This document shows, one piece after another, positions 38,308 through 45,777 of a stretch of 64,000 bases of DNA (the first letter of the stretch is position 1; each line of letters begins with the position of its first letter). The translations under genes were made by a program, and so were the position numbers. This DNA comes from Deltaproteobacteria bacterium (GTDB lineage Bacteria > Desulfobacterota > Desulfobacteria > Desulfobacterales > B30-G6). The stretch is from assembly GCA_022340465.1 (NCBI GenBank), contig JAJDNW010000085.1, positions 10,134-74,133 of the forward strand, read 5' to 3'. Below the pieces are notes generated by a model. The model searched no databases. It saw nothing but the letters and a program-made list of their open reading frames with translations, and was not told where the DNA came from.

Positions 38308-39363
38308 TCAACCGGCAGGCTTGGCAGCGGCTCTGTCCATGGATATATCGGCCCACTGCAGGGCCTGCCTGACGAGTCCGTGGAAAGCGCGGTCCTCTTT
38401 TAGGAGGATAAAAGCCTTTTCCCGTGCCTTGATCGCTTTCAGCAAAGCAATGTCCTGTTTTCCCCCCACACGGCCCAGGCCGCGGATGAGGATTTTCAGA
38501 TGCTGCAGCAGCAGCGGCAGGCACTGAAGACTTTCCGATAAGTGAAATATCCGGCTGTCGGGATCGCCGAACGATTCGACGGCGGATTGAATGATGCGGT
38601 GGGCAATATCACCGCCCACAAGCGATAGGAAAATGATGACCTCGCGGTCCAGCGAAAGCAGGAACTCAACCGTCAGGCCATCGGGTTCGGCGGTGGCGGC
38701 ATCGACGGCGGCCGCAATGCCGGCTCCGATGGTCCCTACTTTCCGTGTAAATATCCCTCCCAGGCTTTCGAGGCGCCATTGGGCGTACTGGGTAACGTCC
38801 GTGTCCAATCCGTTGATGACCAGGAGCACCTCCTCGGGCGTTGTTTCGATATCCGTATGCAGTTCCTTGTTGTACTTCCGGACAAGCAGGTTGGACAACA
38901 TCAGGGCGTCCCTGTCGGATCCCGTAACATGGTCAGGATCGCCGACAAAATCGTTCAAAAGGACCTTCAGGGCCTTTTTAGGCTGTTTCAGATGGACGAT
39001 CAGAAGCTGCATCGAGTTCAAAAAAGCCACCCTGTCGCTCAAAGCCAGGCCTTTCTTGAAATAGTGCCAGCATATTTCGAATATTTTCCTGTCGTAACGC
39101 GACAGCTCGGGAACCCGCTTTTCGAATGCATCGCGCAAAAAGCGGCCGTCGGTGCCGAAGCAGCCCGAAAACAGCACCGCGATCTGTTCCGCATCTTTTT
39201 CCTCGATGTCGAAATAAGCGGCGAACCGCTGATAGTCCTCTGGAAGAAATGCGCTTTTGGCGGAGGCAGCGTCACTCATTTTCCGTATGACCGTCTCTAT
39301 GCCTGTCTTCCCGGCATCCGTTCGATCATTTGTTTGGTGATCAGTAGTCGACATGTACGTCAT
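38308..39363 (-). CDS. Hypothetical all-helical cytoplasmic protein, upstream partner of the ATPase
   Basis: ~351 aa from the ATG at 39363 (track start is TTG 39402). No TM segment, no signal peptide, no motif I recognise. Its stop codon (38308-38310) is 1 nt from the ATPase ATG (38306). Confidence 0.6.
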   Translation of the reverse strand: MTYMSTTDHQTNDRTDAGKTGIETVIRKMSDAASAKSAFLPEDYQRFAAYFDIEEKDAEQIAVLFSGCFGTDGRFLRDAFEKRVPELSRYDRKIFEICWHYFKKGLALSDRVAFLNSMQLLIVHLKQPKKALKVLLNDFVGDPDHVTGSDRDALMLSNLLVRKYNKELHTDIETTPEEVLLVINGLDTDVTQYAQWRLESLGGIFTRKVGTIGAGIAAAVDAATAEPDGLTVEFLLSLDREVIIFLSLVGGDIAHRIIQSAVESFGDPDSRIFHLSESLQCLPLLLQHLKILIRGLGRVGGKQDIALLKAIKAREKAFILLKEDRAFHGLVRQALQWADISMDRAAAKPAG

Positions 39364-39495
39364 CCAGCGATCTGCATTGACATGGTTGCCTCGGCGCTGC
39401 AACGATGGGGTTTATCTCGGTCGGTATACCGGTTTGTCACCCGAAAGCAAACCCGGAAGCTTGTCGATCGCGTACGGCACTCCCGAATTTTTTTA

Positions 39496-39524
39496 TCTAT
39501 AGATGATTATCCCCGGCATGTCAA
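39496..39524 (-). promoter_or_regulatory. sigma70 promoter candidate for the hypothetical-ATPase operon
   Basis: Minus strand: TTGACA (39524-39519), 17 nt, TATAGA (39501-39496). The -35 lies inside the 14-mer TTACATTTGACATG, which also occurs at 61410-61397. Confidence 0.45.
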
Positions 39525-39530
39525 ATGTAA

Positions 39531-39615
39531 GGCGAAAGGCGTATGGCGCAAGGCGCAGGGAAAATCCAACCTACGATGCATCCAGCCTTTAGCGCCCTGC
39601 TCCTTGTACTTATAC
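39531..39615. repeat. GCGCCTTACGCC-word imperfect palindrome (copy)
   Basis: GGCGAAAGGCGTATGGCGCAAGGCGCAGGG..TAGCGCCCTGCTCCTTGTACTTATACCGC. Contains the 18-mer shared with 3728-3745. Confidence 0.6.
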
Positions 39616-39721
39616 CGCTTTTTCCTCCGCAACCCGTCGTCATTTAATCAGTATTGCCAGGCGGCCATTCCTGTTGGATGATAAGCGTGTCGGATCAATT
39701 GGAAGAAGGAGGGGTACCGCC

Positions 39722-40249
39722 ATGGCCGCGCACCGGGGATTCACCCTGATTGAGTTGATGGTCACCTTGGCCGTTATCGGCATCCTTGCCGCCGTTGCCA
39801 CGCCGCAGGTCGGCAGGTGGATGCAAAACACAAAACTGAAAACCGGGGTCATCGACCTGTTGGTGGCCATTCAGCATGTCCGAATGCTGGCCGTAAAGGA
39901 AGACCGCAACCTCGTTCTGACCTTCGATCCCGACGGCGACGGCCGCCTCGACGGCACTTACACCGCCTTTGTGGACAACGGCGGGGGGCTGCCCGGGCTA
40001 TGGACCCGCGAAGCCGACGAGCGGATCGCAACGAGCGGCCGGGTACCGCCCGGCGTCTCCCTTATCGAGGCCTCATTTGCCGGCGGTGTTCCCAGAATCC
40101 GCTTCAATCAGCTGGGGCTTCCCAACGGGCTGGGGGGGCATGTGTACATGAAAAACAAGGTCGGCCGCTACATGGGCATCCATGTGAACATCAACGGCAG
40201 CGCCAGAATCGTCAGGAGCCCGAGCGGGGAAAAAGGGACGTGGGAATAA
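39722..40249 (+). CDS. GspH/FimT-type minor pseudopilin (prepilin N-terminal methylation domain)
   Basis: ATG at 39722 preceded by GGAGG. MAAHRGFTLIELMVTLAVIGILAAVA is a class III signal (G|FTLIE). Confidence 0.8.
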   Translation: MAAHRGFTLIELMVTLAVIGILAAVATPQVGRWMQNTKLKTGVIDLLVAIQHVRMLAVKEDRNLVLTFDPDGDGRLDGTYTAFVDNGGGLPGLWTREADERIATSGRVPPGVSLIEASFAGGVPRIRFNQLGLPNGLGGHVYMKNKVGRYMGIHVNINGSARIVRSPSGEKGTWE

Positions 40250-40269
40250 AATCGTGTCCCACGATTTTA
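40245..40269 (+). terminator. Hairpin overlapping the pseudopilin stop codon
   Basis: ATAAAATCGTG (40245-40255), loop TCC, CACGATTTTAT (40259-40269). Confidence 0.4.
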
Positions 40270-40369
40270 TGAAACGCGACTGCGTCGCTGCGAATAGCCT
40301 TCAGGGCGCGGAACTCGAGGGGCGAAACGCTCGACGCATGATGCTTTGAATTGCCCTGCGCCTTGCACC

Positions 40370-41203
40370 TTACGCCTTAGCCAGATAATCGACCGCGTTC
40401 TTGAATATCCGGATACCCGGGGGCAAGCCCTCGGGCAGCGGTTCACCGCGGCGTTGAAGCAATTCTTTCCGGCGTGTCCAGTCCGGGTGGTTGGTCCAGT
40501 GGTTATATCCCTCGGGGTGGGGCATGAGTCCGAATACACGGCCGGTGGCGTCGCAGATCCCGGCGATATCCCGGAGTGAGCCGTTGGGGTTATACGGGTA
40601 TTCCCCGTCGGCAACCCTGCCGCCCTCCCCTATGTACTGCAGTACGACCTGGCCGTTATCGAACAAGCGCTTGACCGTCGCTTCGTCCGCCATGAACTTG
40701 CCCTCACCATGTCGCACGGGAAGTTCCAACTGGTCCAGGCCACGCGTGAAGATACAGCCGGACTCGGGAAGCGTCCGCAGGCGGACCCATGCATCCCGGA
40801 AGTTGCCGCAATCGTTGTAGGTCAGGGCCACCGACTGCCTCCGGGCCTTTCCGTCGTGGGCCGAGGCGGCAAACCCGGGCAGCAGCCCCATGTTGACCAG
40901 GGTCTGGAACCCGTTGCAAATGCCGATGACCAGATTGCCCCGCTCCACGAACGCCTGAATCTGGGTGCCGATGTTCGTGCGCATGCGCAGGGCCTGGACG
41001 ACGCCCGCCCCGTGATCATCCCCCCAACTGAACCCGCCCCCGAACACCAGTATCTCGAAATTGTCCAGGTTGACGGACCCGTCGATCAGGGCATTGATGT
41101 GGATACGGTGGGATTTCGCCCCCGCAAGCTCAAAGCCATAGGCCGTCTCGTGATCGCAATTCAGTCCGTACCCGGTGAGCACCACGACATTCACATCACT
41201 CAT
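40370..41203 (-). CDS. purQ: Phosphoribosylformylglycinamidine synthase, glutaminase subunit PurQ
   Basis: Start at the ATG 41203 (MSDVNVVVLTGYG), an ATGA overlap with the purL stop. GATase active-site context GICNGFQ..; LMPHPE. Confidence 0.9.
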   Translation of the reverse strand: MSDVNVVVLTGYGLNCDHETAYGFELAGAKSHRIHINALIDGSVNLDNFEILVFGGGFSWGDDHGAGVVQALRMRTNIGTQIQAFVERGNLVIGICNGFQTLVNMGLLPGFAASAHDGKARRQSVALTYNDCGNFRDAWVRLRTLPESGCIFTRGLDQLELPVRHGEGKFMADEATVKRLFDNGQVVLQYIGEGGRVADGEYPYNPNGSLRDIAGICDATGRVFGLMPHPEGYNHWTNHPDWTRRKELLQRRGEPLPEGLPPGIRIFKNAVDYLAKA

Positions 41204-44196
41204 ATCAAGTCTCCAAACGGCTTTTTCCATGCATCCTTCAGTTCCGCCACCTTCTTTTCGAGGATCACCTCGCCGTCATTTCCTATAATGCTGAATACCT
41301 TGTTCCCGCCGACCTTCCCGACACAGGCACAGGGCTGACCCTTGAAGTGGCGCTCGAACCGCTCCCTTTTCGATGGGTCGACGGTGGCCACAAACCGGCC
41401 GCATGACTCCGAAAAAAGAAGGGTGTCATCCCTGAGAGGCTCCTGCACCGGAACCAGTCTCAGGTCCACCTCCATGCCCAGATTTCCGGCCATGGCCACC
41501 AGGGCCGTGTGCACCCCCAGGCCGCCGCGGTAGACGCCGTGCACCGAAGCCGTCGCACCGTCCTTCACGGCCTGGACCAGGGCCCGGTAAAGCGGCAGGA
41601 ACTGGTCCGGAATCACTTCGGGCACATTCAGGCCGGTGTAGCCGAGGTGCTCGTAATATTCACCACCCCCCAGTTCGTTGCGTGTGCTTCCCAGGATGTA
41701 GACGAGGTCCCCCGGCAACTTGCTGTCCATGGTCATGCACGTTTCGATATCCTCGACCACGCCGATGGTCGAAAACTGGAGTGTTTCCAGAGCCGAAAGC
41801 TTGTGCGTTTCCCCGTACCGGCCGGTGAGATAACCGTCCACATACATGCTGTCCTTCCCGGAAAGCAGCGGGATCTCGTAAGCCAGGCAGATGTCTCGCA
41901 GGGCCAGACAGGAGCGCACCAGTTGCGCTGCCTTGTACTTTCCGTCCGGATTGTCGACCGGGTGGTATTGAATGCTCGGCCAGCAGAAATTATCCACGCC
42001 GCCGACGTGTTCCATGTCGCCGCCCACGGCAACCAGCCTTCTTACCGCTTCATCGATGGTGCAGGTGGTCATGTGATAGGCATCGATGGCCGAATAGGCG
42101 GGTATGAGCGCCTGGGAAAAAGCCAGCCCCCTCTTGGAAGGGAGCACCGGCCTGATGACGGCGGCGTCGCTGTTGACATCCCGCTCCTCGCCCACCAGCG
42201 GTTTGATGACACTGGTCCCCTGCACTTCGTGGTCGTATTGCCGGGTTATCCACTCGCGGCCGCAAATGTTCGGACGGGCCAGCATGTCGACCAGCAGCCG
42301 GCCGTAGTCTTTGGGGGCCTTCAACACGGGTTCGTAAAGACCCCTCGATTCAGGCGGCTGCCACACGGCATCGAACTCCCACTGCGGAAACCCGGACTTC
42401 AGAAAATCGATGTCCACGTAGGCGCAGGTTTCACCGTTGAATGTGATGTGCAGCTTCCCCGAGTCCGTGTAGGTCCCGATGACCGTACTTTCAACGGCAT
42501 GCTTCCGGGACAGCTCCAGAAACCGGTCTATATGCTTCGGCTCGACGGCGATGGTCATTCTTTCCTGGGATTCCGACACCCAGATTTCCCACTGATCCAG
42601 GCCGTCGTACTTCAGGGGCACCTTTTCAAGCTGGATCTCGCAGCCGTTGGAAAAACGCGCCGTTTCGCCCACGGAAGAGGAAAGCCCGCCCCCCCCGTTG
42701 TCGGTGATGAAGCGGATGAGTCCCTCGTCCCTTGCCTCCAGCAGGAAGTCGTGCATTTTTTTCTGGGTGTAGGGATCCCCTATCTGCACATGCCCGGCAG
42801 GCGTGCTCTCCGAAAACGTTTCCGATGCCGCCGTAACGCCGTGGATGCCGTCCTTACCCACCCTGCCGCCGCTCATGACCACCAGGTCGCCGGCAAAAAT
42901 ATCCTTGGTTTCCGATGGCTCGCCAGCCACCATAGCGGGCATCAACCCGACGGCGGTCACGAAGACCAGGCATTTTCCCATGTATCCGTGGTGAAAAAGG
43001 ACCTGGCCGTAAGTGGTGGGAATGCCGCTTTTGTTGCCGCCGTCCCTGACCCCCTCGATCACCCCGTCAAGAAGCCTGCGCGGGTGCAGGCGCGGGCTCA
43101 GGTCCCCATCGTAGTCCCGGTCCCCTACGCAGAAGCCATAGCTTCCCATGATAAGCCGGGAGCCCTTGCCGGTCCCCATGGGGTCCCGGTATATGCCGAC
43201 GATGCCCGTGATGGCCCCGCCGTAAGCTTCCATGTTGGACGGTGAGTTGTGGGTTTCTCCGGTGATGACGTAGTAGTGGTCGCGGTCGAAGCGTCCGGCG
43301 CCGGCGTTGTCCCACAGAACGGACACCACCCAGTCCTTCTTGGCCTTCAGTTCGAGGGTGGGTTCCTGAATACAGGTCTTGAAAAGGTTGTCGATGGTTT
43401 CGGTGCGTCCGGTTTTGAGGCTTTTGTAGCGAAACAGCCCCTGGAAGGTGTTGTGGTTGCAGTGGTCGCTTCTGGCCTGTGAAATGTATTCCAGCTCCAC
43501 GTCGGTCGGGTTGGACAAGCCCACCGCATTTCTCTGCTCCAGGACGTTCCTCTTCAAAAAGTATTCCCTGATGGTGGGGATGTCGCTGGAATTCAGCGCC
43601 AGGTTTCGCCGGTCGCTGATTTTCTGCAGGGCGGCATCGCTTTCCACCGGTATGGTCGACACCGTGGGAGTGTGATCGAGAACGACTTTGGGAATGATGA
43701 AACCGATGCCCACGCTGGGGTCCCACAGCGTACGATCGTAGATTTTCCACTGCTGGATCAGGTCGTTGGCCAGAAGCTCGCCGGCAACCTTGCGCACATC
43801 TCCTTCGGTCAGCCGCGGCGAGCGTATACAGTACCGTTTGGAGGTGTAGACGGCGCTGCCGGCCCCCATGGTCACGCCCAGGGCGTCTTCTATGGCTTCC
43901 ACCGCGGTGCTTCCCGGGTTGTCCTTGACGCCCGGCCGGTACCCCACCCAGATGATCCAGTCGAAATCGAGGGGCAGCGGTTCGTAGGAAGAAATTTGGG
44001 TAATCGGGTTCGTAAAAACATCTTTTTGAATGGTGTCGCACTGGGCCGGCGAAAGGTCCATGTCGATGGTGTTGATCTGCACCACCCGTACGCTGTCGAG
44101 TTCGATGCCGAAGTAGTCTTGCGCTTTTTTCCGAATCCCCTGGCCTTCGGCGTCAAGCAATTCAGGCTTGATGGCGATTTCGAGTCGATGTGGCAT
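41200..44196 (-). CDS. purL: Phosphoribosylformylglycinamidine synthase PurL with N-terminal tandem PurS-like extension
   Basis: 998 aa. The PurL core (ETHNSPS, GGLSSS..) is preceded by ~230 aa containing two PurS-like units (RLEIAIKPELLDAEGQGI..; WVGYRPGVKDNPGSTAVEAIEDALG..). Confidence 0.92.
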   Translation of the reverse strand: MPHRLEIAIKPELLDAEGQGIRKKAQDYFGIELDSVRVVQINTIDMDLSPAQCDTIQKDVFTNPITQISSYEPLPLDFDWIIWVGYRPGVKDNPGSTAVEAIEDALGVTMGAGSAVYTSKRYCIRSPRLTEGDVRKVAGELLANDLIQQWKIYDRTLWDPSVGIGFIIPKVVLDHTPTVSTIPVESDAALQKISDRRNLALNSSDIPTIREYFLKRNVLEQRNAVGLSNPTDVELEYISQARSDHCNHNTFQGLFRYKSLKTGRTETIDNLFKTCIQEPTLELKAKKDWVVSVLWDNAGAGRFDRDHYYVITGETHNSPSNMEAYGGAITGIVGIYRDPMGTGKGSRLIMGSYGFCVGDRDYDGDLSPRLHPRRLLDGVIEGVRDGGNKSGIPTTYGQVLFHHGYMGKCLVFVTAVGLMPAMVAGEPSETKDIFAGDLVVMSGGRVGKDGIHGVTAASETFSESTPAGHVQIGDPYTQKKMHDFLLEARDEGLIRFITDNGGGGLSSSVGETARFSNGCEIQLEKVPLKYDGLDQWEIWVSESQERMTIAVEPKHIDRFLELSRKHAVESTVIGTYTDSGKLHITFNGETCAYVDIDFLKSGFPQWEFDAVWQPPESRGLYEPVLKAPKDYGRLLVDMLARPNICGREWITRQYDHEVQGTSVIKPLVGEERDVNSDAAVIRPVLPSKRGLAFSQALIPAYSAIDAYHMTTCTIDEAVRRLVAVGGDMEHVGGVDNFCWPSIQYHPVDNPDGKYKAAQLVRSCLALRDICLAYEIPLLSGKDSMYVDGYLTGRYGETHKLSALETLQFSTIGVVEDIETCMTMDSKLPGDLVYILGSTRNELGGGEYYEHLGYTGLNVPEVIPDQFLPLYRALVQAVKDGATASVHGVYRGGLGVHTALVAMAGNLGMEVDLRLVPVQEPLRDDTLLFSESCGRFVATVDPSKRERFERHFKGQPCACVGKVGGNKVFSIIGNDGEVILEKKVAELKDAWKKPFGDLI

Positions 44197-44216
44197 GCGT
44201 ATGACCCCCTAATAAC

Positions 44217-44245
44217 GAATTGTCTCCTTAACGGGGAGACAATTC
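44217..44245. repeat. 11-bp hairpin in the purL leader
   Basis: GAATTGTCTCC (44217-44227) and GGAGACAATTC (44235-44245); 20 nt upstream of the purL ATG on the minus strand. Confidence 0.6.
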
Positions 44246-44288
44246 TTTATGAAACGCGGCTTCGCCGCTGTTCATAACGTTTGGCGAA

Positions 44289-44395
44289 CCTAATCTGAGC
44301 GATTGTCGAGGTTGCCGCATATACAAGGAAGATGTTTTTCCGCTGAAAATAAATGAAAATAAGGAACCCCTAAAATTTGAAACGCTCAGTTTAGG
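44289..44395. repeat. CCTAAnnTGAGCG-family inverted pair
   Basis: CCTAATCTGAGCG (44289-44301) against CGCTCAGTTTAGG (44383-44395): 12 of 13 complementary, 81-nt spacer. Confidence 0.65.
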
Positions 44396-44461
44396 GCGAA
44401 ATAACTTTCTGACGCTATAGCACACCGGTCACTCAGACTCAATTTGAAATTCGCAATAGAC

Positions 44462-44527
44462 AAGCTCATAGCTGACAGGGAACAGCTCATTGCCTGCTGT
44501 CGGCGATTCCCTGTCAGCTATGAGCTT
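44462..44527. repeat. GCTCATAGCTGACAG palindromic element, copy B (longest)
   Basis: Perfect 21-bp arms AAGCTCATAGCTGACAGGGAA (44462-44482) and TTCCCTGTCAGCTATGAGCTT (44507-44527), 24-nt spacer; followed by TTTTCCCCCTGGA. Confidence 0.9.
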
Positions 44528-44575
44528 TTCCCCCTGGACCCCTGTTTTCACACACCGGTTGCCCGGCAGCGGCCG

Positions 44576-45652
44576 TCAACTCGAAAATATGCGGGCGATG
44601 TCGTTGTAGAAAACGAAAATCATCAATAAAATGAGAATGAAAACCCCGGCCTGCTGGGCTATTTCCCGCATGCGCGTGTTTACGGGGCGCCGCGTGACCG
44701 CCTCTATCAGAAAAAACAGGAGGTGCCCGCCGTCCAGTATGGGGATGGGCAGAAAATTGATGATCGCCAGATTGATACTGAGAAGGGCGATGAAGAACAC
44801 CAGGTTCAAAGCGCCTTCCCGGGCCTGCTGTCCGGCCAGTTCGGCAATCATGATGGGGCCGCCCAGGGTCTTTGTGGAAACGGTGCCCTGGATCAGCTTG
44901 ACAACACTGACAATGGTGAGACGGGTGATGTTGTAGGTCTGGCGCAGGCTTTCAGCCATCGCCTCCACGGGGTTCAGCCGCTGATTGATGACGTCGCCGG
45001 CAGAGGAAATACCGATAATGTAGCGGTTGATATCCTCCCCGAAAATATTCTTCGACACCGACGCCATGGGGGTGACAGTGGTCGTAAACGGTTCCCATTG
45101 AGGACGCTGAACGGTCAATACGAGGGGCCGGCCTTCGGAGGCCATTATGATCGCGGCCATTTCCTCCCAGCTCGCCACGGGGGTGCCGTCGATGGATACA
45201 ATCGTGTCTCCGGCCCGCAAGCCTGCCGCGGCGGCCGGCGAATCGGCCTGTACCCCCCCGATGCCGGGTTTCAGGATGTAGGTCCCGGACACTTGAAAAA
45301 TGCAGTAAAATATGATCACGGCCAGCAGGAGGTTGAACAGGGGGCCGGCGGCAACGATCATCATCCGTTTAAAGACGTGCTTGTGGGTAAAGGACACGGC
45401 GATCTCTTCCGGGTCCACTTCCACGGTCGGGTCTTCACCCACCATCTTCACGTAACCGCCCAAGGGGATGGCCGATAGGCGGTAGTCGGTCCGGCCGATT
45501 TTCTTGCCGGCAATGCGCGGACCGAACCCCAGGGAAAATTTTTCCACCCCGACGCCGAAAAGCCTGGCCATCAGGAAGTGTCCCAGCTCGTGAAAAAAGA
45601 CGAGAATACCCAGGACGAGGACAAAAGCTGTAATATTGGTAGTCATGCTCAA
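44576..45652 (-). CDS. rseP: RIP site-2 zinc metalloprotease RseP
   Basis: HELGHFLMAR zinc motif in TM1, PDZ domain (AAAAGLRAGDTIVSIDG), C-terminal NLLPIPILDGGH. Confidence 0.93.
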   Translation of the reverse strand: MSMTTNITAFVLVLGILVFFHELGHFLMARLFGVGVEKFSLGFGPRIAGKKIGRTDYRLSAIPLGGYVKMVGEDPTVEVDPEEIAVSFTHKHVFKRMMIVAAGPLFNLLLAVIIFYCIFQVSGTYILKPGIGGVQADSPAAAAGLRAGDTIVSIDGTPVASWEEMAAIIMASEGRPLVLTVQRPQWEPFTTTVTPMASVSKNIFGEDINRYIIGISSAGDVINQRLNPVEAMAESLRQTYNITRLTIVSVVKLIQGTVSTKTLGGPIMIAELAGQQAREGALNLVFFIALLSINLAIINFLPIPILDGGHLLFFLIEAVTRRPVNTRMREIAQQAGVFILILLMIFVFYNDIARIFSS

Positions 45653-45777
45653 CTATAAGAATGAACCCGGGTATAGTCAACACGCGTTAACGCATGATGC
45701 TTTGAATACTTGAACATTTGAATTTGATATTTGTTTCGAATTTGGTGAATTAAAATTTAGGATTTTTATATCCGGCC

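Noticed and set aside
36930-38372. 480-aa plus-strand ORF
   Set aside because: Antisense shadow of the GspE-like ATPase gene, which carries all canonical motifs on the minus strand.
41509-43245. 578-aa plus-strand ORF, and 43067-44041 (a 324-aa minus-strand off-frame ORF)
   Set aside because: Both overlap purL, whose frame has unambiguous FGAM-synthase motifs. Both are Arg/Gly/Pro/His-rich, as expected of alternative frames in GC-rich coding DNA.
44197-44575. ZTP (pfl) or purine riboswitch upstream of purL
   Set aside because: I found no CCGCCUGGGCA / GGGUCGUGACUGGCG-type ZTP signature and no purine-riboswitch junction motifs on the minus strand. The spacer is explained by repeat elements.
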